A stretch of DNA of 64,000 nt, taken from assembly GCF_006345805.1 (NCBI RefSeq), contig NC_042997.1, positions 5,022,001 to 5,086,000 of the forward strand. The letters are read 5' to 3'. Below the pieces are notes generated by a model. It was not told where the DNA came from. It saw nothing but the letters and a program-made list of their open reading frames with translations, and searched no databases. The position numbers and the translations under genes are program-made. This DNA is from Octopus sinensis (Eukaryota). The first letter of the stretch is position 1, and each line of letters opens with the position of its first letter. This document shows, piece by piece, positions 53,368-64,000 of this stretch.

Positions 53368-54570
53368 ACATGAATATCTTACCAGAAAAGTTCGAGGTAA
53401 TAGAAACATTGATCATTAAAGCAGTCTATCATGGACCAGCAACAGGGCTACTACCTCCTACTATGAAGGGTGTGCATTTGCAATCAAGGAACAGGAAATA
53501 CCAACCAAATATCCGATACCCAAAAGGCATAGACATGTACAAAAAGCAGCAAAATATAACACCAGATGCAGACTTTGTGGCGTCAACACTGAAGATATCA
53601 CCCACATCATAAGGAGTCGTCCGAAAATGTCATGAAGGTATTATCTACCGATGAGACATGATGCTGTGTCTAGAACACTGTATAACGAGATCCGTCAGAA
53701 GGATGAACCTGATGACAAAGAAATATGAATCTACAGTATGATTGAAGCCATAGCTACTTATAATAGTAATAATTATAAAGGTATACTGGTGGAATGTCCC
53801 ACTGAAAACCTCAATAATGTGTACACAAGTGAGATCTGACATGACAATTTGTGTTCAGTCGTGTACAGTTGTGGAAATCGGCTGCCCAACGGATGTTAGC
53901 AAAAAGCTAACTATAAGAAAAAACGCTGAATTACTGAGAAATTTGTAGTTACTCTATCCAGATTACAAGTTCAGGCTTATATATGTAATCATCGGGGCAC
54001 TGGTTTTTGTAACACAATGCCTAAATGCCAATCATGAGAAATTAGTCTTTTCAAAACCGGAAAGGAGAAACCTGATTCAAATACTACACGTACATTCCAC
54101 CATAGGAATTGCAAAAAAACGTCCAATATAGTTGCTGGACTTTTGGACTTTACTCATAGGGTATTGGAATAATACATATATACCATTCTACCAAAAGAAA
54201 ATGGACTTACAATTTGAATATCCATACATATGTTGCATCTATTTTCTTTCCTCCACCTCACTTTCTATTTTGTATCACATCTAAACTAACTATGACTTAA
54301 CCATCCTCTCACACCGTCTCCGATGAAGGGATATAAGTAATAAATGGCCTGGCAACAGCTGTAAGACCTATCTATAAATGTTCTAATATCTACACAGCCT
54401 TGGTTTTTTATCTCATTCCGCAAAAAATTCTTATATGCACACGCTGACATAGAACCAAGTTGTTCGCAAAATTACCGAGTCTGGAACTTAAATATTGTCT
54501 GTCTATAGCACTTATTCAGCATTATCTGATATCTTGGGGTCTCAATGCCACCATTATCTCTTTCAATCTC
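53368..54570 (+). mobile_element. 3' end of an R4/Dong-like RLE LINE (zinc knuckle + restriction-like endonuclease relic + 3' UTR)
   Basis: EGCAFAIKEQEIPTKY...CRLCGVNTEDITHII...RHDAVSRTLY, then YWWNVPLKT, RSDMTI (PD-like), VVEIGCP, IIGALV; stops and frameshifts; ends at (TA)n near 54580. Confidence 0.8.
54316..54367 (+). ncRNA. decayed type I hammerhead (probably inactive)
   Basis: gtct/agac stem I, CCGATGA (one change from CTGATGA), agg/cct stem II, GGCA in place of GAAA, palindromic ACAGCTGT, GUA triplet. Confidence 0.45.
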
Positions 54571-54706
54571 AACTTCTTACTATGTATATATATATATATA
54601 TACATACATATATGTATACATATGTACGTATATAAATATATAAATATATATATATGAATATATATGAATATATATGTATATATATATACATATAGCTATA
54701 CATACG

Positions 54707-54741
<35 letters not shown>

Positions 54742-55635
54742 AGGTGTGTGTGTGTGCGCGTGTGCGTGTATGTGTGCGTGTATTTTATATATACGACATA
54801 TTCTTCCAGTTCTATCATTTCTACGCTATGAACATTTTATATGAGTGTAACTTAAGTTTTGTCGATTATTATTATCCTAATACATGTTCTAAGGTTACAG
54901 AAATCATTCCGTTTGCATTATTTGCTAACCTTAATTCTGTAGAACTTCAGAACGTATCTAAATACTCGATAAAATAATTCGTTAATATTCAGATTGAACC
55001 ATGATGAATCAAAAAGCTTAAGGTGAAAAACAATTGAAAACAAAGAATAACAATTAATGAAACAATAGAGGAAATATCATAGAAAGACATACTAAGTACG
55101 CCTAAATTTGGTAATGAAATTCTACCGCATTTCATTCAAGCGCACCCAATGTGAACTAGATACAATAAGTTGTGTATTTTGAATAGTGTCTCTTCTCCTG
55201 TTTATTCTGGCCCCGAATCTATTGCAGTACACATTAAGACTTCCTGACAAATGAGATATCAACTATTACTAATTGTGTGTCAAAAGCCGTAAAGAATATA
55301 TTGATATTACCAAATTCTTCGATGACAATGGATTTTCTTTTAAATTTCTTCTTTTGGCAGACACTATAAGTGACAAGCGTCTACAGAATCAGCTGATATT
55401 TTCTTTTCAATATAAGTTCTCCACACTTTCATTATGAACGTGTAAATCTACTATAAGGTAGAAAGATTTCAACAGACAGAATTGAAACAACCACTATCTC
55501 TGCATGGATATATGCATTAGTGTCTGTGTATGTGTGCACCAGCGAATAAATACACATATACATAAGTACTCATAGACATATACACACACACATACACAAA
55601 CACACACACATATTAATATATACATTCACACAAAA

Positions 55636-55682
<47 letters not shown>

Positions 55683-56148
55683 ATAGATAGATAGATAATA
55701 GATAGATATATAAATGTAGATGTAACACACGAGTAAGTGAGATATTATGAAGAAGGAGAACTAAAATGCTACTTTTTACAATTAGGTACATATGAGTTTC
55801 TTTATATAATACATTAAAATAATGTTTTTCTCTTACTACTGTAGGTTCTTGAAAAACCTCATCAAAAATATGTACTAAAATGTGATATGTAGAGAAAAAG
55901 TTCGTAAGATTATTAAAATAATCCTTCATAGTGTACTTTTCTTTTGCCTGCAGGAGCACGAAGGAATTTCCTTTAATGTTCGTGGCATTACCAGTGGCCC
56001 TGTCTAGTCTGGTCAATACTGTTTTCAAAAGGAGTGGCTTTAGCAGTCGAATAAGCAGGAGTAGTAGTAATAATAGTCGTCGTTGTAAAGCTATCCCCAC
56101 TGAGGTTTTGACAGGAATGGAGTTTTTCGAAACCTTATCTTATATGTA

Positions 56149-57438
56149 CGAGGGGCGTTCAATAAGTAATGCCCTTGACCCACTTCCCATAGCAGTAGAG
56201 CAACGAAACTTGGCACAGTTATTAGTCTTTTTCTGCATAGGAACCTCTCAGAGTTACACATTTCTCCCATCGTTTGATGCATCTCTGGAGACCATTTTTG
56301 TAGAAGACCCCAGCTTGGTCCTCCAACCACGACGTGACTTCAGAAATCAAGGCTGCATCATCTGGGAACGCTTTCCTTTCAAAAACAACTCATGGCTAGG
56401 AAGAGGTGAAAATCGAGGGTGCAAGGTCAGGAGAGTATGGGGGGGGGGGAGGAGTTCATAGCCGCACACCTGTGCTTCTGATCTGGCGACACGCGAGGTT
56501 GTAGACCGGAGCGTTGTCCTGCAGGAGGAGGATGCCTTTGGTGATCTTGCCCCGCCTCTTGGTTTTGATAGCTTCTCTTAATTTCCTCAAAAGTGAAGCA
56601 AAATAGGCTCCTGTAATTGTGGTACCCTTTGCCAGAAAATCTGTCATCACTACTCCGTCCTGGTCCCAGAAGACTGTGAGCATGACCTTGCCAGCTGGGG
56701 GCTGCACCCTTGCCTCCTTTGGAGAAGGTGGGTCACGGAGCTTCCACTGCATTGACTGGGCTTTGGTCTCTGGATCATAGTGATGGACCCAGGTTTCATC
56801 CTGTGTAATCAGTCTTTTGAAACATTTTGACTCATCTTCTTGGCACATCTCCAAATTCATCCTCGAGCACTCAACGCGTTCTTGCTTCTGGAAAGGTGTG
56901 AGCAACCTGGGAATCCATCTGGCAGACACCTTTTGCATATGCAAATGGTTATGAATGATAGTTTTCACAGACCCGGTACTAAACTTGACCTCATGGGCTA
57001 TTTGGCGAATAGTTATGCGTCGATCTTCCAAAATGGCAGCCTCAACTTGACGGACAGATGCCTCATGAATGGCAGAAGGGGGTCGACCAGATCTGGCAGC
57101 TGTTTCCACAGAGTTCCAACCATGTTTGAATTCACGATGCCAGCGTTTTACAAGGTCATATGATGGGGCATCATCACCATAAGTTACTTTCATTTCATCA
57201 AAAGTCTCCCGTGGTGTGCGTCCTTTCAAATACAAAAACCGGATCACTGCTCGACACTCAACAGGCTCCATTTCACACTTGACTCAGTTCAAACACCTAT
57301 ATATCAGAAACCACAATTAGTTCAGAGCTGTAATTTGCCACTGAATCTATAGAGATATCAATAATTGCATATGTAAATTTTCAGCTAGATCAAACAACTG
57401 CAAGTGGGTCAGAGGCATTACTTATTGAACGCCCCTCG
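56149..57438 (-). mobile_element. full-length 1,290-bp mariner transposon (DD34D)
   Basis: TIRs cgaggggcgttcaataagtaatgcc (56149 onward) and its reverse complement ending at 57438, with similarity extending to ~37 bp; TA at 56147-56148 and 57439-57440. Confidence 0.95.
56222..57271 (-). pseudogene. mariner transposase with several C-terminal frameshifts
   Basis: MEPVECRAVIRFLYLKG...WIPRLLT...QDETWVHHYDPE...QDNAP intact for about 250 codons. The remainder reassembles across frames to YSPDLAP(S)DFHLF...RWEKCV..RGSYAEKD*, with 34 residues between the second and third Asp. Confidence 0.9.
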
Positions 57439-58522
57439 TATGAAAGACATACATATCTGTATATCTACAAATACACACACACACATACACACACACACAC
57501 ATATGACCTGTGGTAGGGAAAAAAACCACCCCTTATTGTACTAGCCCTACAAACTAGCCCTACACTAGCCCTTTGTTTACAGCCACAACCACACACACAT
57601 ACACACATACGCACACACATTCACACACGTGTCATCATTGCACACATACACACACGCACACGCAGACCTCCGAGCACGCACATATCCACACTTACACACA
57701 CATTCCCCATATACCATTCTACTGTCTTTGACAATACTACTCTCCTGTCTTTGAAAACATCTTTCTTCACTCTTTTCCTTTCGGTCATTAAAACTGTGAC
57801 CTCGTGTATACCGTTGGCGATTTTTCTTTCTCTGTCTTGCCTTCTCTGGATCTTTCCTTCTCCTATGTTTCCGATGAAGACCTCCGCTCGAAACATTGAA
57901 CCCTCTTTCATTCCTTCTTTCTTGAGCATCCAATAATAATATATTTGTTCCACGTCCTCGCGTTGTTATTTGTGCTTCTTGTTTGGATTAACTGTTATTA
58001 TATATATATATATATTATATATATTATTATTATATATATATATATTATATATAGATATATATGATATATAGATGTATATAATATATCTATATATAGATTA
58101 TATATATATATATATATATTTATATCTATATATATATATATATACAACATACAAACTACACACACATACTACATATAATATATATTATGTATATATGGAT
58201 ATACACATATATAAATACAGACACACACACACACAACACACAACACACACATATATATATATTATATAGATATATATATATATTATTATATAATATACAT
58301 ATAATAGTTTCAATATCCGTGTTTATGGAATTCAGACTCGGTCAGTTACAGTTTATGATATGCATTTCCTTGCTATACGTTGCTCATTTTCGTTCGCTTT
58401 GTATTATATAAAGAAATTCAAATGTACCTAATATTAATAATTAGCATTTACGTTCTACTTTTCAAAGATATATATATAGTATATATATTATATATATATC
58501 GATTAATATATATATATATATA

Positions 58523-58558
<36 letters not shown>

Positions 58559-58578
58559 TATTATATATGTATACATAC

Positions 58579-58626
<48 letters not shown>

Positions 58627-58637
58627 AATTATATATA

Positions 58638-59008
58638 CAAAGAGCAATAAAGATTCAGTTAATTTAAAAGAATTTACTTGAATATGGTACCTAACTTAGA
58701 TGCACCAAAAAAAACTATACTGATTTAACAATACAGTAATGTGGGGTGATTATAAGCGAGAAAGAAGCAACAAGATAGGATAGGTTTAGTACGATTCGTT
58801 TCATACAAGGACAGGTTTTATTAAAAGTTGCAAAAGATACAGCATATAAACGAGTACCGTACTCATCAGCTAAAATACATGTAAGTTCTCTAGACATCTA
58901 GTGTTTGAGGCTATACTCATGAAGTAATGTAGATAATTAAACAGATTTCTAAAGTTCATTAAAGTTCTTTAAAGATGATGTACAGTCTTATCACAGAATT
59001 TTAAAAAA
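58638..59008 (-). mobile_element. 371-bp solo 3' terminus of the 31975-34871 element, with a hammerhead at 58785-58875
   Basis: Reverse-complement match to ~34500-34871 with small indels; identical 3' end point against (TA)n; core CTGATGA/GAAA/GTA retained. Confidence 0.88.
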
Positions 59009-59289
59009 TATATATATATTTGTTGAAATGGAAAGATGAATTTTCTTTACAGATTATTCAAAAGTTTAACCGATACCTGGGTAGCAAAAATCACAGCAGA
59101 AAAAAATCACGGTTGGAGATAATACCATTTGGTGTAGCAACCGTGCGTTGGTGCGGATAATTGAAGTTTAATATAATTAGTGAATGGAAGAAATGGAGTT
59201 ATATATATATATAAAAACTTACTTGCAGTAGCGCCCTCCCGTCGTTTCGTTTCTTTTCTGTCCTCCAAGTAAGTTTTTATATATAATTA

Positions 59290-59940
59290 TGACGCGAAAC
59301 TCTGTAACCCTTTTCTAGACCTTCCCTTCCTTCCTGTCTGTCTTCCTCTTTGCCTGTCTCTCTCCTTATCATTTTTCACCCTTTCTGGTTTCCTTTCCTT
59401 TCTATCTCTCTCTCTCACTCTCTCTCACTCCTGCTCATCTCTCACACAGCCGAGTGGACCACTGCCTTTCGCTGGCGGCCTCCTACAAGTGGACATGCTT
59501 TTTTCCTGCGCTCTTGAATTTTTTCATTGTCTAGGCTAAAAAAAAAGGCTCTCAATATTGTTTCCTTGTCCTGTTTTTATTCTTTACTTGTACTGTACTT
59601 TTTTGTATTTGTATTTTTATTTTCTATTTGTTTTTTTAATTGTATTGTTTTTATGTCCTGTTTTTGTCACATTTTTTCTTTCATTGTTTTTACCCCCCTG
59701 CAAAGGAATTTTACTTAATTCTTTCGCAGGAAGATCTAGTTCGACGAGTCGTGTTCTGTCCTTAACTTCGAAACACGCATGGAGTCGAACTAGGGACAGC
59801 TGAGGAAGGGGAATTTTCCTTATATTGGTTGTCTTGTACTCTGTTTTTTTCGTTGTTAAAAATGTCCGTTTCCATTTTTGTGTTTACGTTTTCGTTTCTC
59901 GTTGAGTTCTACGTCTATTTGTGGTGTCCTGTACTCACAT
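59290..59940 (+). mobile_element. family B-like non-coding element with a structured 3' region
   Basis: CT-rich tract, tctcac...gaccactgcctttcg, T-rich tract, 10-bp inverted repeat ctagttcgac/gtcgaactag and CTGAGGA box; ends before a TA-rich tract. Confidence 0.45.
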
Positions 59941-60044
59941 ATAGTATGTGTATATATGCATATATTTTATTATTAATTTATTATATATATATGTATATGC
60001 ACATATTATAACATATATGATACATACACACATGTATATATACA

Positions 60045-60085
<41 letters not shown>

Positions 60086-60115
60086 TATAATCATATGTAT
60101 ATATATTATATATAT

Positions 60116-60152
<37 letters not shown>

Positions 60153-60259
60153 AAAAAAGGTTGAAAATGCAATTTAAACGTGTTTATTTACTTAACGGTT
60201 TCACTCTTTGGTAAAAGATTGTCAAAAGTTACATTTAAGGAAACATTGAATAATATGGG

Positions 60260-60388
60260 TTCAAAAAAAGTTTTTTACATAATTGTCACATTGAGTATTA
60301 TGCATTCAAAAAGGTTTTACATAATTGTCACATGGATATTATGAATTCAAAAATGTTTTTTTATACATAATGTCACATTACATGTATA
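60260..60388. repeat. three imperfect 41-45-bp tandem units
   Basis: ttcaaaaa...tttacataattgtcacat starts at 60260, 60305 and 60346. Confidence 0.75.
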
Positions 60389-60799
60389 AATATAGTGTTT
60401 GGTAACAGAGAAGTTCAATAGTGTGATGAGTATATTTGGGAAAATGTGGCAGAAAAGGATTAAAACAAATATATTATTGGGAATTGGTTGCGTTAATTAT
60501 TGGTGTCGCAAATTGTCACATTACATGTATATATATACAATCTTCGGTATATATATACAGCCTTTTGACAGCAAAAATTAAAATGGTTTTTTTATACATC
60601 TCAGAATATTTTAAGTACAAGGCGAGAATATGTTTTACCGACCTGTTGGTATTAGCAGAAAGGCTGGACTGAGAGAACAGAGGAAGTAGCCAATGTGGTG
60701 TATACTTCCCTTATGCATGAATGATTTTGGGGTTATCAGGAGGTTAGTATGCGGGTGTGTGAATAGATGTGTCCGTGCCCGCTGGTCAGATAGCGTCTG

Positions 60800-61873
60800 T
60801 TTGTCACACACATATACACACACACACAACACAACAACACACACACCACACATAGTAAACAAACACACAACACATACAAACCACACACACACAACCACAG
60901 AACACACACACCCACACACAAACGCACCCACATATATCACATATACACACAGCACACAAATATAAATATGTATCTATATATAACATACACAGATATATAA
61001 CCACACATACACACACAACACACACACACCACACACACACCAACACACGCACACCTACATACATAATATAAATATCACACAAATACACCTAGCATATATA
61101 TACACACATACAATACACACATACAGCATGTAAGCAATATACATACACAATATATGCATGCAATATACATACGCAGTACATAATAAATATATATATAATA
61201 TAGACAATGCATATACATATATACACATATACAATAAATAGTGTTTACATGCAAATACATAGAGTGTACCACATATGCACACAATACACATACATACAAC
61301 GCATACACATTACACGTACGCATACATATAATATATATATACACACACACACACATAACATACATACACAATGTATACATATATATACACGCAATGCACA
61401 TACATGTATTCATGCATATATAGCACACCTACAAATACATATATACACTGCACACATACATACACATATATACACTTATTGTTACACATACATATACAAT
61501 ACACATACATAAAATATACATATACACAATGCGCATGCAAATAATGTACATGTTTATACACACATAAACAAGCAAATAAAATACACACAACCCACATACA
61601 CACCCCACACACATATATATACACATATATATTATATATATATATATATATATACACACACATACATACATACATACATCACACATACATGTATTTCACA
61701 CACATACACATACATATATATATATATATAAAAAGTTCACCCCCACCACACACAAATTACAACCTATAGCGTACACACTCAAATATATCTCTACATGCCG
61801 CACACACACACAAACAAAGTACTAACATATACAAACATACCATGCATATACAACACACACAACACACATACAC

Positions 61874-61911
<38 letters not shown>

Positions 61912-62200
61912 AAAACAAATACACATGTAAATACATACATACGTACATAATGCTCACATACACACACATACACCACCACCCGTACACAGTGCAACCACAC
62001 CACACAATATATACACACGTGCACACACACATACACACAACGCGCGCGCACGCACACACATACACACACACGCACACAGTGCACACACACACATATATAT
62101 ATATACACCCGCGCATACACACACAACGTGCACACACACACACACAACACAAACACTCACACACATACATCACCTACATATATATAATGCATGCGTGTGC
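60800..62200. repeat. 1.4-kb degenerate (CA)/(TA) low-complexity tract
   Basis: Direct reading. Confidence 0.9.
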
Positions 62201-62399
62201 ATGCCACCTATGTGTGGTGGTCAATGCCCGCTAGTGTGTCCTATGCGTGCCGATGCGCGCATGTGCCCGCCCGCACGATATGCTGTGAGCGTAGCGGCGC
62301 GCGTCCCTGTGTGCTTGCTCTGGATGTGCTTCCAGGGGGTTATGTTAGAGTATGTTTAGAGTGTGGTCGTATTTTTGAATAAGATTACTTTCCTTATTT

Positions 62400-64000
62400 A
62401 TTCGTGTTTGGTCTGTGGTGTTGTCCGAGAATTGGTATAGTGGGAAGACTAAGAATTTGGGGAATTATTGTGTGCACAAAGGTCTAAGTGTCCACTTAGT
62501 GGTATCTGTCTTGTGGAGGGGTCCCTCAGTTGTTGTCGGTGAACTGTCATTCTGTCTCTGAGGGTAAGGCTCGTTTGCCCTATGTAATCTTCGTGGCATC
62601 CTTCACACCTTATGACGTAGAGTAAATTTTTTGATGCGCACGTGAAATTATTTTTTATGATGATGTGTGTTCCCGAGTGGAACTTGTACGATGATCCCTC
62701 AATGAGGTGGATGCAGGGTCTTGCAGTTGGGGCCGACCACATTTTTCGATGGGGGGCGGTGGGTTGTGTGGTGTAAATTTTGCGTTGGTGAGGAGGTTTT
62801 TTAGGGATTTAGGTTGTCTCTTACTTTTATTATTTTATGAGCTGCCAGTATTTTTTTCAGGCGTGGTCTTGATTTAGTTGTGGAATGTTGTTGTATATAA
62901 TAGTGTAAGCTTCTGCATTCCTTGGGTGGTGTGTTGAGAGATAAGGGAGGCTATTGACTGTACTGTGGATGTGTTTGGGTTTTCGAAGGTCTTGAATGTT
63001 GATTGATTTGGCCCGTTCTATTCCGTTGTCTACTAGTGATGCCGGGTAATGTCTTTCGAGAAGAATTGCCCTTAGTTCCGGAGTCTTCTATTTCGTGTTG
63101 TGTCATTGAGACAATAGTGCAGATTCTTCTCGCTAGGTTGAAGGGGATATTTGTCTTGTGTGTTTTGGGTGATTGGAGGTGAATAGAAGGTATTGTTTAG
63201 AGTCAGTGGGTTTGTAATGGATGTTCAGTTTCAATGTTGACGCCTTTTTTTAATGAATTAGGATGTCAAGAAAAGGGAGTTGGTCCTGATATATTCCATT
63301 GTGAATTGAATGTTGTTATTTACACTGTTGATAAGTTTTTGAAGTCTATAAGTTGGTCGAGTGTGTGGGACACATAGGATGAGGCAATCATCTAAGTAGC
63401 GTTTCCAGTTCTCCAAACAGTATTTGTGGAAAGACTGGCCGTACTTATTTTGGATTTTTCATAGATATGTGATTCCAGGTAGGCCATCACCAGGTTTGCA
63501 TAGGTAGGTGAAACTTTCGTACCCATTGCAGTACCTGAGACCTCTGTAAGTGTTGTTGTGGAAATACATGAAGTTGTTTTGCAGAATAAATTTGAGGCCC
63601 TCAATTATGAATTCTTTTTAATTCTTTCCGGGATCTCATTGGGATTATTTATCCAGCCAGAATTTAATGGCTTCCAGTCCAAATTCATGTGGGATGTGGT
63701 GTAAAGATTAATAACATCAAAAGAAACGATTAAGTGTCTTTATCGGCATGTTTGGGGAGATGGTTTAATAGGTCCAGGTCATCTCTTACAATACTTGGAA
63801 TGTGTTTCACTATTGGCTTTAAGATGATATCTAAAGTTGCTAAGTCTGTGTGTTTCACAACTTGGGCCTGCCACTATTGGTCTCAGTTTGAGATCAGTGG
63901 GATGTGGTATAGTGATGCAGGTTGAAGTGGACTTTTTGCAAGCTTCTGTGATAATTTGACTCTTGTGTATTTTTGGAAAGCCCATAGAGTGTGCTGGTTT
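62400..64000 (-). mobile_element. PLE (Neptune-like) RT + GIY-YIG, many frameshifts, continuing beyond the window
   Basis: GFPKIHK, LRPIVAGP, VSFDVINLY, GTAMGTKVSPTYANLVMAYLE, WKRYLDDC, NIPFNLARRICTIV, and NFTCASKNLLYVIRCEGCHEDYIGQT...R...H. Confidence 0.9.

Noticed and set aside
57700-57960. Minus-strand Arg/Lys-rich frame ending VYGECVCKCG as a PLE endonuclease piece
   Set aside because: The Cys motif merges into a (TG)n tract, which itself encodes C/V; evidence insufficient.
60190-60235. Minus-strand ttgacaa...aaagagtGAAACcgtta hammerhead-like remnant
   Set aside because: The first catalytic box and stem I are not recognisable; too decayed to call.

Overview
AT-rich, microsatellite-saturated animal genomic DNA with no confidently identifiable host gene. 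The tRNA-derived SINEs match, from recall and not from a database search, the abundant SINEs of octopus, so the source is probably an octopod cephalopod. The window is a mosaic of transposable elements: at least six Penelope-like retroelement (PLE) pieces, three degenerate restriction-like-endonuclease (RLE, R4/Dong-type) LINEs, RTE fragments, a near-intact 1,290-bp DD34D mariner, two older Tc1/mariner relics, a complete Chapaev3 DNA transposon and two SINE families, many of them inserted into (TA)n tracts. The most notable signal is a recurring hammerhead-ribozyme (HHR) theme. (i) A 2.9-kb element at 31975-34871 carries an intact, RT-less GIY-YIG ORF between 409-bp inverted arms, each arm holding a canonical type I hammerhead with a palindromic stem III and a GUA cleavage triplet. 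A third copy of its terminus lies at 58638-59008. (ii) A separate ~230-bp HHR mini-element sits at 39921-40148. (iii) A decayed HHR lies in the 3' UTR of an RLE LINE at 54316-54367. (iv) There are several HHR-like relics. A 526-bp non-coding unit forms an inverted partial-tandem array in (TA)n at 8274-9798. All calls were made by eye from the sequence and the ORF track; no alignment, folding or database search was run.
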